Shown: positions 1 through 9,204 of the stretch, one piece after another
Layout: each line of letters begins with the position of its first letter
Position numbering within the stretch: the stretch's first letter is position 1
Assembly: GCA_035464915.1 (NCBI GenBank)
Contig: DATHRT010000170.1
Span: 1 to 42,527 of the forward strand
DNA length: 42,527 nt
Source: Candidatus Limnocylindria bacterium
GTDB lineage: Bacteria; Desulfobacterota; Deferrimicrobia; Deferrimicrobiales; Deferrimicrobiaceae
Reading direction: 5' to 3'
Position numbers and translations under genes: made by a program
The notes under the pieces: model-generated
Told to the model about the DNA's origin: nothing
The model's database searches: none
Seen by the model: the letters and a program-made list of their open reading frames with translations, nothing else

Positions 1-692
1 GCCTTGATCGGACTCCCCTTCGGGGCATCGATATCCAGGCCGTGATGGAATACTTTGGTGTCCGTGAAGGGGGAAACACGGACGCCGAACCCCGACACAA
101 GCAATCCACGGGCCGGCCACAGGGAAGGCAGGCTCTCCAGGTAGGTCCTGCGGACGTCAAGCCTTTCGCATATAACCTCGAGGTTTTTCCCATCCACAAG
201 AAGGCTTTCCTTCAACTGGTCGCACCGAAGATCGAGGAGGCTGTCCAAGCGGTTTGTCGCTGAAGTCTCGGGCGTTTCCGCTCCGCCGATCCCCATCTTC
301 GCCGCGGTTTTTCCCCTGCCGGGCAGCAGCGCCTCGTTGATGTTGACGAGGGCCCGGACGCGGGCGTCCAGCGTTCGGATCCGCTCCACCTCTGTCTCCA
401 GACTCTCGAATTTTGCATAGAGGTTGTAGAGCGTTAGGTTCTGCTCGCTGACCCGGTGCCGAAGACTCGCAAGCTCCCTCACCTTCGCCAGATTCTCCCG
501 GTAGTCATAGATAAACTGTGTCGCCAGGACGAAAAGAAAGGCGAGAACCCCCGTGGCCACGGCCATTCCGGTCCTGCCGATCCGGATTTCCCGGGACTGC
601 CCGTTGGCACTGAACCTGATGGAATACGTGAATCGCTCCCCCACCTTTTCCCTGGCCCCCCAACCCAAATAAAACAAGGGGTACCGTACCAT
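1..692 (-). CDS. M23 family metallopeptidase (murein endopeptidase-like), N-terminal part only; runs off the left window edge
   Basis: Absent from the ORF track because no stop lies in the window. My translation of the minus strand from ATG 692 gives MVRYPLFYLGWGAREKVGERFTYSIRFSANGQSREIRIGRTGMAVATGVLAFLFVLATQ (membrane anchor). A coiled-coil-like stretch follows (NLAKVRELASLRHRVSEQNLTLYNLYAKFESLETEVERIRTLDARV). At the edge it reads WPARGLLVSGFGVRVSPFTDTKVFHHGLDIDAPKGSPIKA, which contains the HxGxD zinc-ligand motif of peptidase M23. The start codon is uncertain because there is no clear SD before 692. Confidence 0.75.
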   Translation of the reverse strand, partial: MVRYPLFYLGWGAREKVGERFTYSIRFSANGQSREIRIGRTGMAVATGVLAFLFVLATQFIYDYRENLAKVRELASLRHRVSEQNLTLYNLYAKFESLETEVERIRTLDARVRALVNINEALLPGRGKTAAKMGIGGAETPETSATNRLDSLLDLRCDQLKESLLVDGKNLEVICERLDVRRTYLESLPSLWPARGLLVSGFGVRVSPFTDTKVFHHGLDIDAPKGSPIK

Positions 693-762
693 AGCTATGG
701 TTACGGTGTCAACGAGGAGCCCACCCTGTTGAGAGGCAATCCTGCTTTGCGCAGGAGGAATC

Positions 763-945
763 TTACCCCGCGGCCCTTTTCTTGAATTTCTTTTCCGGTT
801 CCCGGTTCCGCGCCACAACCGGGTCAACGATTTCGCCGCAGTTGAGGCACCTCCAGGCGTAGAAGAGGTCCAGCAAGTCCTGGAACCGCTCGTATACCAT
901 CGCCCCATTGCAACGGGGGCACCGATTATTGTGTCGTCGCGCCAT
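763..945 (-). CDS. Small zinc-ribbon protein (60 aa), function unknown
   Basis: The ORF is MARRHNNRCPRCNGAMVYERFQDLLDLFYAWRCLNCGEIVDPVVARNREPEKKFKKRAAG. It has two CxxC pairs (CPRC, CLNC) and a basic tail. A strong SD (GGGAGGTAGGAA) lies directly upstream of the ATG on the minus strand. Confidence 0.6.
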   Translation of the reverse strand: MARRHNNRCPRCNGAMVYERFQDLLDLFYAWRCLNCGEIVDPVVARNREPEKKFKKRAAG

Positions 946-1050
946 TTCCTACCTCCCTAAAACAATTTGATGCCCCGGCGAGAACCCGGTTTCACACGCA
1001 AGTTTCCCCCGAATTTGCCGAAATAGTCTGGGGGGATGCCCTAATCATGC

Positions 1051-2967
1051 GTGGGAGGAGAATCGGTGGCGGCCGCAAGGAAGCGTATCGGCGAACTGCT
1101 CGTGGAGACCGGACTGCTGTCCGAGGAGGACCTGACCCGCGCCCTTTCCGAACAGCGGACGCAGCGCGGAAAACTCGGCGAGGTCATCGTCGCCCTGGGA
1201 CTGGCCACCGAGGAAGAGATCGCCCAGGCCCTCTCCCTGCAACTCGGGATCCCGCTGATCGACCTTATCAACACGCCCGTCGAACCCCCGGCGATCGAGC
1301 TGATCCCCGAGAAGGTCGCACGGAAGCACCTGATCGTGCCGATCTCGATCGAGGACAGGGACCTCCACATCGCCATGGCCGACCCTTTGAGCTTCGAGGC
1401 ATTCGAGGACGTCCGGTTTGCCTCCGGCTACACCATCAAGCCCGCCGTCGCCACCCGTTCGGGGATTCTCTGGGCGATCGACCAGCACTACCACCTAGGG
1501 TCGTCCTTGAGCACGATCGTCAAGGATATCGCCGACGAGCGGCTGGTGGAGATCGTGCAGGACAACGGGGAGGCCGACAAGCGCGACACCGAGGACCTGC
1601 GAAAGAAGAGCGAGGCGGCACCCATCATCCGGATGGTGAACCTTTTCGTCGCGGAGGCGGCCGACCAGGGGGCCTCGGACATCCACGTGGAACCCTCGAA
1701 AACCATCCTGCAGATCCGTAACCGGGTCGACGGGGTTCTCCGGAAATCCCTCGACTTGCCGAAGTGGGTGCAGGGAGCAGTCATCTCTCGGATCAAGATC
1801 ATGGCCAAGATGGACATCGCGGAGAAACGGCTTCCCCAGGATGGCCGGATCGGGGTCCGGGTCGGGACAAGGTCGCTCGACCTCCGGGTGTCCACGATGC
1901 CCGCGTCATACGGAGAAAAGGTGGTTATCCGGATCCTCGACTCGACCAATGCCCAGATCCCGCTTGATTCGATGGGGATGTCCGAAACCGATCTCCAGCA
2001 CCTGGAGACGCTGATCCACCGGCCGCAGGGAATCCTGCTTGTCACCGGCCCCACCGGATCCGGAAAGACGACCACTCTCTACGGAGCGCTCCACAAGATC
2101 AAGTCCGTGGAGCGGAATATCACGACGATCGAGGACCCCATCGAATACGAGATTCCCGGCGTCAACCAGGTGGCGGTGCAGGAGAAGATCGGGCTCTCCT
2201 TCGCGTCGACCCTGCGCGCGATGCTCCGCCAGGACCCCGATGTGATCATGCTGGGGGAGATGCGCGACCTCGAAACGACCACGATCGCAATGCAGGCGTC
2301 GCTTACGGGCCACCTGGTCCTCTCGACGATGCACACCAACAGCTCGGTGGCAACCGTCACCCGGCTTCGCAACCTCGGGATCCCTTCCTATCTCATCGCC
2401 TCCACCCTGACCGGCATCGTGTCCCAGCGGCTGGTGCGGGTCATCTGTCCGAAGTGCCGCGTCAAGGCCGAGCCGTCCGATCTCGACCTCGCTCGGATCG
2501 GGCTGGGGAAGACGAAAAAAGGAGAGATCACGTTCTACCAGGGAGAGGGATGCCCGGCGTGCGCGGGGACAGGATACCGCGGCCGGACCGGGATTTTCGA
2601 GATCCTGCCGTTCCACCAGCAGATGCGCGACCTCATGATGGGCAAGGGCTCCGAGACCGACATCCGACAGCTCGCGGTGGCCAAGGGGATGACGACGCTC
2701 GGCCAGGCGGCGCTAATCAAGGTGAAGGCCGGCGTGACGACGCTTTCGGAGCTGTACCGGGTCGTGGAGACGGAAGAGGAATTCGGCGCCGGCTGCCTGC
2801 ACTGCGGAACGTCCCTCGGGGCCGACTTTGTGATCTGCCCGGGGTGCGGCCACTCCCTCGTATCGAGCTGCCCGTCGTGCCGGAAGATGGTCTCCCCGCA
2901 CTGGAAGTTCTGTCCTTACTGCCGTAACAGCTTTGCGGAAGAGATCCGGAACCGCTCGTTCGCCTAG
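1051..2967 (+). CDS. GspE/PilB/MshE-family secretion ATPase with N-terminal MshEN domain and C-terminal double zinc ribbon
   Basis: Family motifs present: Walker A GPTGSGKTTT, DPDVIMLGEMRD, HLVLSTMHTN, and the family tetracysteine CPKC...CPAC. The N-terminus reads RIGELLVETGLLSEEDLTRALSEQ-RTQRG-KLGEVIVALGLATEEEIAQALSLQ. The C-terminal 57 aa carry four CxxC pairs. GTG at 1066, preceded by GGAGGAG, is a likelier start than 1051. Confidence 0.9.
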   Translation: MGGESVAAARKRIGELLVETGLLSEEDLTRALSEQRTQRGKLGEVIVALGLATEEEIAQALSLQLGIPLIDLINTPVEPPAIELIPEKVARKHLIVPISIEDRDLHIAMADPLSFEAFEDVRFASGYTIKPAVATRSGILWAIDQHYHLGSSLSTIVKDIADERLVEIVQDNGEADKRDTEDLRKKSEAAPIIRMVNLFVAEAADQGASDIHVEPSKTILQIRNRVDGVLRKSLDLPKWVQGAVISRIKIMAKMDIAEKRLPQDGRIGVRVGTRSLDLRVSTMPASYGEKVVIRILDSTNAQIPLDSMGMSETDLQHLETLIHRPQGILLVTGPTGSGKTTTLYGALHKIKSVERNITTIEDPIEYEIPGVNQVAVQEKIGLSFASTLRAMLRQDPDVIMLGEMRDLETTTIAMQASLTGHLVLSTMHTNSSVATVTRLRNLGIPSYLIASTLTGIVSQRLVRVICPKCRVKAEPSDLDLARIGLGKTKKGEITFYQGEGCPACAGTGYRGRTGIFEILPFHQQMRDLMMGKGSETDIRQLAVAKGMTTLGQAALIKVKAGVTTLSELYRVVETEEEFGAGCLHCGTSLGADFVICPGCGHSLVSSCPSCRKMVSPHWKFCPYCRNSFAEEIRNRSFA

Positions 2968-3007
2968 CGGGGACCCCATGTCGGCGGTGCAGCCGAAGTG
3001 ACGCCGC

Positions 3008-3979
3008 TCAGACGAAGTGGCAGGCGGCGTAACGTCCCGGCGCGACCTCGTGCAGCAGGGGACAGACCTCTTCGCATACCTTCTGCGCCATGAAACAGCG
3101 GGTGTGGAAACGGCACCCGGGGGGGATGTGAATGGGGCTCGGAATCTCCCCCGAAAGCACGATCGTTTCCCGCTGCGCGCCGCCGGGAATCGGCAGCGCC
3201 GAGAGGAGGCTCCTCGAGTAGGGGTGGAGCGGCTCGCGGAACAGGTCCGCGGCCGGGGAGACCTCCATCAGTTTCCCCAGGTACATCACGGCGACGGTGT
3301 CGCTCATGTGGCGGATCACCCGCAGGTCATGGGAGACGAACAGGTAGGCCATCCCGTATTCCTCCTGGATGTCACGCAGGAGGTTCAGGATCTGCGCCTG
3401 CACGGATACGTCGAGGGCCGACACCGGCTCGTCCGCCACGATAAGCCGGGGGGAGAGTGCAATCGCCCGGGCGATTCCGATCCGCTGTCGCTGCCCGCCC
3501 GAGAATTCATGCGGATACTTGTCGGCGGCATCCGCGGACAGCCCCACGCGCAGGAGGAGCCGCTCGGCGTTGTCCCTGACCTCGCCGCCGCGGGCGATTC
3601 CGTGGACACGCCACCCTTCCCCCACGATGTCGCGGACTCGCATCCGCGGATTCAAGGAAGAGTAGGGATCCTGAAAGATGATCTGCATCTTCCTCCGGAT
3701 CCGTCGGAGCTCCTCGCCGGACAGCGATGTAATGTCAAGGCCCTCAAAGATGACCTTGCCCGCATCGGGCGGGAGCAGGCGGATCGCTACCCGGCCGAGC
3801 GTCGTCTTTCCGCACCCCGACTCCCCCACGAGTCCTACCGTCTTTCCCGGGGGGACGTCGATCGACACGCTGTCGACCGCATGCACCCGCTGCGTCTCGG
3901 AGGAGAAGAACGATTTCCGGACCGGGAAGAACTTGTAGATGTTCCTCAGGGAGAGGAGAGCGCCGTTTGGCCGGTTCAT
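3008..3979 (-). CDS. Peptide ABC transporter ATP-binding protein (OppF/DppF-like)
   Basis: ORF 3008..4159 trimmed to ATG 3979 ([18 protein letters not shown]...), which overlaps the upstream stop as ATGA. Motifs: Walker [10 protein letters not shown], signature FSGGQRQRIGIARA, Walker B LIVADEPVSALD. The Cys-containing C-terminal region is typical of oligopeptide/dipeptide ATPases. Confidence 0.9.
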   Translation of the reverse strand: MNRPNGALLSLRNIYKFFPVRKSFFSSETQRVHAVDSVSIDVPPGKTVGLVGESGCGKTTLGRVAIRLLPPDAGKVIFEGLDITSLSGEELRRIRRKMQIIFQDPYSSLNPRMRVRDIVGEGWRVHGIARGGEVRDNAERLLLRVGLSADAADKYPHEFSGGQRQRIGIARAIALSPRLIVADEPVSALDVSVQAQILNLLRDIQEEYGMAYLFVSHDLRVIRHMSDTVAVMYLGKLMEVSPAADLFREPLHPYSRSLLSALPIPGGAQRETIVLSGEIPSPIHIPPGCRFHTRCFMAQKVCEEVCPLLHEVAPGRYAACHFV

Positions 3980-5022
3980 CCTCCCTCCCCCTTCCAACGC
4001 TTTCTCCGGTAGTGGCACGCCGCCCGGTGGCCCGGGGCATATTCCTCCAGGGGAGGGTCCACCTGGTCGCAGACCGCAAGTGCGTCCCTTTCCGTTTCCC
4101 CGGCGCAAACCCGGGCCAGCGCATCCTGCCGGACCGGGCACCGGTCGGCGAAGGGGCATCCCGGCGGAATGGCGTCGAGGCCGGGGACCGTCCCGGGTAT
4201 GGAGGGAAGCCTTCGGTCCCCCGTCCTTTGCCCGGGCAGGGAGCGAATCAACCCCTCGGTGTAGGGGTGGATCGGGCGTGCGAAGAGGTCAGCCGTTTTC
4301 GCGATCTCGACGATACGGCCCAGATACATGATCGCCACCCGGTCGGCGACCTCCGAAACCACCCCGAGGTCGTGGGTGATGAGGAGAATCGCCATCCCCT
4401 GCCGCTCGCGCATCTCCTTGAGGAGGGAGAGGATCTGCGCCTGGATGGTGACGTCGAGAGCCGTTGTCGGCTCGTCGGCGATGAGAATCGCCGGCTCGAG
4501 GGCAAGGGCCATCGCGATCATCGCCCGCTGCCGCATCCCCCCGCTCATCTGGTGCGGGTATTCCCGTACCCTCCTCTCGGCGTCGGGCATGTTTACCCGC
4601 CGCAGCCATTCCACCGCCCGCTCCATGGCCTCCGCCTTTCCGCAGGCCCGGTGGGCGGTGAAGACCTCGGCGACCTGGACTCCTATGGTAAGAACGGGGT
4701 TGAGCGACGTCATCGGCTCCTGGAAGATCATCGAGATCTCTTTTCCGCGTACCGAACACATCTCCGCATCGGACAGCGGCGCCAGATCCCTGCCGCGAAA
4801 CAGAATCCTCCCCCCTTCCCTGACGGCCGGCGGTGAGGGCAGAAGGTTCAGGATGGACAGCGCCGTGATGGTCTTGCCGCATCCGGATTCCCCCACCAGC
4901 CCGAGCGTCTCCCCGGGGGACAGGGAGAAGGAGACGCCGAAGAGGGCGCGCACGGTCCCCGCCTCCGTCCGGAAGGAAACCGTAAGGCCGTCGACCGATA
5001 GCAGAGGTTCCCCCACGCTCAC
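3976..5022 (-). CDS. Peptide ABC transporter ATP-binding protein (OppD/DppD-like)
   Basis: ORF 3976..5541 trimmed to GTG 5022 ([17 protein letters not shown]...), which overlaps the permease stop as GTGA. Motifs: [35 protein letters not shown]. The upstream 170 aa of the listed ORF overlap the permease gene out of frame. Confidence 0.9.
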   Translation of the reverse strand: MSVGEPLLSVDGLTVSFRTEAGTVRALFGVSFSLSPGETLGLVGESGCGKTITALSILNLLPSPPAVREGGRILFRGRDLAPLSDAEMCSVRGKEISMIFQEPMTSLNPVLTIGVQVAEVFTAHRACGKAEAMERAVEWLRRVNMPDAERRVREYPHQMSGGMRQRAMIAMALALEPAILIADEPTTALDVTIQAQILSLLKEMRERQGMAILLITHDLGVVSEVADRVAIMYLGRIVEIAKTADLFARPIHPYTEGLIRSLPGQRTGDRRLPSIPGTVPGLDAIPPGCPFADRCPVRQDALARVCAGETERDALAVCDQVDPPLEEYAPGHRAACHYRRKRWKGEGG

Positions 5023-5876
5023 CTCCCTGTAAGCCTCGGGTCCGCCGCGTCCTGGATCCCCTCGCCCAAGAGGTAGTACCCGAGGACGGTGACCAGGATG
5101 GCCATCCCCGGGTAGACGGAGAGCCACCAGGCGAACTCGATGTTGTCCTTTCCGGCCGTGAGCATGTTTCCCCAGGACGGCGTCGGGGGCTGCACGCCGA
5201 TCCCCAGGAAAGAGAGGCTCGACTCCACGAGAATCGCGCCGGCCACTCCCAGAGTTGCCCAGACGAGGATGGGTGCGATCGCATTCGGAAGGATGTGGCG
5301 GAAGATGATCCGCAAGTCCCCGGCGCCCTGCGCCCGCGCCGCCGCGACGAAGTCCCTCTCCTTGAGGGAGAGCATCTCGGCCCGGACGAGCCTCGCGGCT
5401 CCCATCCAGGAGGTGAGCCCGATGATGGCCATGATGTTTACGATCGACGGCCCGAGAAACGCGATGACCGCGAGGATCAGAAAGAAGGAAGGGAAACAGA
5501 GCATGATGTCGACGAACCGCATGAGCGCCGCGTCCACCCACCTCCCGTAGAACCCCGCGATGAGACCGATCACCAGTCCGATAACCGTCGCGATGCCCAT
5601 CGCCACGAACCCGACCTCCATGGAGATCCTCGCCCCGTGGACCATCCTCGAGAGTACGTCGCGCCCCAGCTCGTCGGTCCCCAGCGGGTGATCGGCGGAA
5701 GGCGGCTCCAAAATCTTCAGGACATCGATACGGCTCGGGTCGTGGGGCGCAAACGCGGACGGAACCGCCGCCACGAGGAACAGGAAAGAAACGACGATCC
5801 CCCCCGCCACGGCCAGCCGGTTTTTCCCGAGCCGCCGAAGAAAATCGCGGAACATGGAGGTCGATCCCGCCATCAT
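5019..5876 (-). CDS. Peptide ABC transporter permease (OppC/DppC-like)
   Basis: Multi-TM protein with the binding-protein-dependent permease loop [21 protein letters not shown]. Start placed at ATG 5876 ([13 protein letters not shown]...), which has a GGAG SD and follows the upstream stop at 5881..5883. Confidence 0.85.
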   Translation of the reverse strand: MMAGSTSMFRDFLRRLGKNRLAVAGGIVVSFLFLVAAVPSAFAPHDPSRIDVLKILEPPSADHPLGTDELGRDVLSRMVHGARISMEVGFVAMGIATVIGLVIGLIAGFYGRWVDAALMRFVDIMLCFPSFFLILAVIAFLGPSIVNIMAIIGLTSWMGAARLVRAEMLSLKERDFVAAARAQGAGDLRIIFRHILPNAIAPILVWATLGVAGAILVESSLSFLGIGVQPPTPSWGNMLTAGKDNIEFAWWLSVYPGMAILVTVLGYYLLGEGIQDAADPRLTGR

Positions 5877-5880
5877 CGCA

Positions 5881-6855
5881 TCACTCCGTCTTGATCCGCG
5901 GATCGGCCAGTGCATACCCGACGTCGGCCAGCAGGTTCCCGAGGAGGGTCAGGAATGCGCCGATGACAAGCGACCCCATGACCAGCGGGTAGTCGCGCGC
6001 CATCACCCCCTGGTAGAAGAGCTGTCCGAGTCCCGGTATGGCGAAGATCGACTCGAAGATGACCGATCCCCCGAGAAGGCCGGGCACGGAGAGTCCGAGA
6101 ATCGTGATTAGAGGGAGGAGGGCGTTGCGCAACGCATGCCGGAACACGACCTTCCGCTCGGGGAGCCCCTTCGCCTTCGCCGAGGCGATATAGTCCTGCC
6201 GGATCACCTCCAGCATGTTCGACCGCATGTAGCGGGAAAAACCCGCCAGCCCGGTGAAGGCCGACACGAAGACCGGCAACACGAGGTGCCTCGCCCGGTC
6301 CCACACCTTTCCCGCGAAGGGTAACGATTCATGCTCCAGGGACACGAGTCCCGAGATGGGGAGCCATCCGAGCCGGACGCCGAAGAGAATCATGAGAAGC
6401 AGCGCCAGCCAGAAGGCGGGCACCGCATACCCCGTAAACACCGTCACCGTGGAGACCCTGTCGAACCAGGAATCCTTCCGGACGGCCGAATAGATCCCGA
6501 CCGGCACGGCAACGAGGATGATAAGCCCCAGAGACAGTACATTGATGCCCAGCGTCACGGGAATCCGCTCCGTGATCTTTTCCGAAACCTGTCTTCCGTC
6601 GCGCGAGAAACTCTGGCCGAAGTCGAGGGTCGCCATCCGGCCGAGCCATTGCACGTACTGAACGTGGAGGGGCTTGTCGAGGCCGTAATACTCCACGAGC
6701 CTTTGTCGGTATTCCGCCGTGGCTCTCGGGTTCAGGTCCGTGGCCATCTCCACCGGCCCGCCGGGAGCGGCATGGATGACGAGAAAGGAGATGAGGCTGA
6801 TCCCGATCAGGAGAGGGATCGTATGCAGCAGTCTTCGAACGATATACCGGAGCAT
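5881..6855 (-). CDS. Peptide ABC transporter permease (OppB/DppB-like)
   Basis: ORF 5881..7122 trimmed to ATG 6855 ([24 protein letters not shown]...), the classic OppB/DppB N-terminus. It contains the permease loop [24 protein letters not shown]. The first 89 aa of the listed ORF overlap the binding-protein gene. Confidence 0.9.
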   Translation of the reverse strand: MLRYIVRRLLHTIPLLIGISLISFLVIHAAPGGPVEMATDLNPRATAEYRQRLVEYYGLDKPLHVQYVQWLGRMATLDFGQSFSRDGRQVSEKITERIPVTLGINVLSLGLIILVAVPVGIYSAVRKDSWFDRVSTVTVFTGYAVPAFWLALLLMILFGVRLGWLPISGLVSLEHESLPFAGKVWDRARHLVLPVFVSAFTGLAGFSRYMRSNMLEVIRQDYIASAKAKGLPERKVVFRHALRNALLPLITILGLSVPGLLGGSVIFESIFAIPGLGQLFYQGVMARDYPLVMGSLVIGAFLTLLGNLLADVGYALADPRIKTE

Positions 6856-6862
6856 CGATCCC

Positions 6863-8506
6863 CTAGGGCTGAAAGGAGGTGTACTTCCGCTCCCCCTTCG
6901 GCACATACCACTTGATGAAATTGTAGGATATCCCCGCGGGCGCCGGCTCGATGCCGCGGATGCGCTTCTGGACGGCCGGAAGGGAGTCGGGATAGTAGAG
7001 GAAGACGTACGGCTGCTCCTCCGCGAGGATCTCCTGGATCCGGAAGTACGCTTTTTTGCGTTTCTCCATGTCGAAGGTGCGCCGCCCTTCCTCGAGCAGC
7101 CGGTCCACCTCGTCGTTCGCAAAACCGATGAAGTTGAACTCCTTCGGCCCCGTCTTCTTCGAGCTCCAGATGTCGTACTGGTCGGGGTCCTGGGAGATGC
7201 TCCAGCCGAGGATCACCGCGTCGAACTTCCTCTTGTCGACGAACTCGTTGATGAACGCCGACCACTCCAGCGTCCGGATCTCCATCCGGATCCCGACGGC
7301 GGCCAGGCTCTGCTGGATGATCGCCGCCGTTTTGGCGCGGCTATCGTTCCCGGCGTTGGTCAGGACCGTGAACGCGAACTTCCTCCCCCCCTTGTCCAAT
7401 ATGCCGTCTTCGTCCGCGTCCTTCCATCCCGCCTCGGCGAGGAGGGCCTTCGCCCGTTCCGGGTCGTAGGGGTATTTCCTCACGTCGGGGTTGTACGCCC
7501 AGGTCCCCGGCTTGTACGGCCCGGTCGCCTCCTGCCCCAGTCCGAACAGCACGCCGTCGATGATCTCTTTCTTGTTGATCGCATAGGCGAATGCCTGCCG
7601 GACCCGTTTATCCGAAAAGAGGGGATGGGAGAGCCGAAACCCCAGATAGGTGTACCCGAAGGAGAGGTATCGATACTTGTTGAACGACCTGCGGAACTCC
7701 TCCGTTTCCGTCTGCCTCGTGTACTGGAGGGGGGTGAGCCCCATCATGTCGAGTCCCCCCGATTTCAGCTCCAGGAACGTGGTGGCCAGGTCGGGGATCA
7801 CGCGGGTGATGACCCGGGAGAGGTACGGCCTCCCCTCGAAGTAGTCCGGGTTCGCCTCGAAGACCGTCTTTTCCCCCGTCTTCCATTCGACGAACCGGAA
7901 GGGGCCGGTCCCCACCGGCTTCTTGTTCGCGGGGCTGCGGGAGATGTCGGGATACCCCTCGAGCAGGTGCTTCGGGAGGACGTGCATCCCCCAGGAGGCC
8001 AGCGCCGGGGCAAAGGGCTTCTCGTACTCTACGATGAAGGTGGAGGAATCCGGTGCGCTTGCCCGCGTGACCTGCTTGAAATCCTCCGCGTACGCGGTCG
8101 GCGTGTTCGGGTCGATCATCTTCCGGTAGGTGAACATGACATCCTCGGAGGTGAACGGCTTGCCGTCGTGCCACGTAACCCCTTTCCGGAGGTGAAAGGT
8201 GATCTTCCTGCCGTCGGGGGACACTTCCCAGGACTCGGCCAGCTCCCCCTCGAGCTTCAGGTTCTTGTCGTACCGGACGAGGCCGTTGAAGACATAGCCT
8301 GCCGCCGTGTGGGATGCCGAATCGCCGGTCACCGCGGTGAGAAAGCCGCTGACATCCCCGATGCTTCCCTCGACGATGGCGTCTCCGTAGGCGGGCGCAG
8401 CGCTGGGAGAGGGTGAGGCCTCCCCTGCCGCGTCCTCCTTCTTCTTCGCGCATCCCGCCAGCACGGCGACGGCAAGAGCGACGGCGATGACCCGGTAGAA
8501 CTTCAT
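6863..8506 (-). CDS. ABC transporter substrate-binding lipoprotein, family 5 (OppA/DppA-like)
   Basis: 547 aa. Signal peptide with lipobox [19 protein letters not shown]. Overall family-5 solute-binding protein architecture. The ATG overlaps the upstream stop as ATGA. Confidence 0.9.
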   Translation of the reverse strand: MKFYRVIAVALAVAVLAGCAKKKEDAAGEASPSPSAAPAYGDAIVEGSIGDVSGFLTAVTGDSASHTAAGYVFNGLVRYDKNLKLEGELAESWEVSPDGRKITFHLRKGVTWHDGKPFTSEDVMFTYRKMIDPNTPTAYAEDFKQVTRASAPDSSTFIVEYEKPFAPALASWGMHVLPKHLLEGYPDISRSPANKKPVGTGPFRFVEWKTGEKTVFEANPDYFEGRPYLSRVITRVIPDLATTFLELKSGGLDMMGLTPLQYTRQTETEEFRRSFNKYRYLSFGYTYLGFRLSHPLFSDKRVRQAFAYAINKKEIIDGVLFGLGQEATGPYKPGTWAYNPDVRKYPYDPERAKALLAEAGWKDADEDGILDKGGRKFAFTVLTNAGNDSRAKTAAIIQQSLAAVGIRMEIRTLEWSAFINEFVDKRKFDAVILGWSISQDPDQYDIWSSKKTGPKEFNFIGFANDEVDRLLEEGRRTFDMEKRKKAYFRIQEILAEEQPYVFLYYPDSLPAVQKRIRGIEPAPAGISYNFIKWYVPKGERKYTSFQP

Positions 8507-9204
8507 TCCGCATCCCTCCGGAGAACGATCCTGTTTCCCATGACCTCCACCTCCACCGTCCGGGGCGGTCCGGGCGTGTCCCTCCCCGGGTATGTCACGG
8601 TGACACGCTTCCCAGAAATATCATATTCCGCGCGGGAGAGCAGTCGCTTCGACGGATCGGAAAAAAGGGTCTGTCCCCTCCCGGCATACACCCACCCCCC
8701 GTCCGCCGCCCTGCCGGTCTCCCCGCCGGATACGGGATACCCCGGGGCCCCCGAAAGGATGCGCCCGAGCGACACCGGTCCCGCATCGACGGGGCGGACG
8801 TTCCCCGGCGGAAACTCCTTCGCGGCGGGACCGCGAGTGACCGACATCCTTCCCCCGTCGTTCTCGAGGAACAGGACCGCGCGCCCCATGGGGTCGTAGA
8901 ACCCCAGGGTCTCTTCCGAAGCAGTCCGGGAGGAAAGGCCGGCTACGAGGGGGACGGTGCTCCCGCGGAGTTCGGCAACGCCCGAAAACGACGCATGGAT
9001 GGGGAAGGAGACGTCCGCGGCAGAAGAGAAGAACGTGGCCGCCGTCCTGGCTTCCTGCCCGACGAGGAGCTGCCGGGAGGGTGCGCAGCCGGCTCCCGGA
9101 GCGACGACCAAAGCGACCAGTGCGCATACGGCGACAAATACCGCGACGTCCCGTCCTTCCCTCGCCGCAGGGAGCTCCATCGGAGAGGCGACCGGGGCCG
9201 TCAC
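8503..9204 (-). CDS. Putative lipoprotein (LolB/DUF4292-like assignment is tentative)
   Basis: 233 aa with a hydrophobic N-terminus ending in a lipobox-like APGAGC. The rest looks beta-rich with no catalytic motif. GTG 9204 overlaps the TPR gene stop as GTGA; ATG 9180 is an alternative start. Confidence 0.5.
   Translation of the reverse strand: MTAPVASPMELPAAREGRDVAVFVAVCALVALVVAPGAGCAPSRQLLVGQEARTAATFFSSAADVSFPIHASFSGVAELRGSTVPLVAGLSSRTASEETLGFYDPMGRAVLFLENDGGRMSVTRGPAAKEFPPGNVRPVDAGPVSLGRILSGAPGYPVSGGETGRAADGGWVYAGRGQTLFSDPSKRLLSRAEYDISGKRVTVTYPGRDTPGPPRTVEVEVMGNRIVLRRDAE

Noticed and set aside
8216-8225. A fourth GGGGGACACT 10-mer
   Set aside because: This is a single box inside the binding-protein gene (it encodes EVSPD on the minus strand), with no inverted partner or T-rich loop nearby. 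It is most likely a chance occurrence in GC-rich coding DNA.
6719-8416. 565-aa ORF on the plus strand
   Set aside because: It is entirely antisense to the family-5 binding-protein gene. The composition is R/P/G/L-rich with no recognisable motif and no SD. This is a typical shadow ORF of a GC-rich gene.
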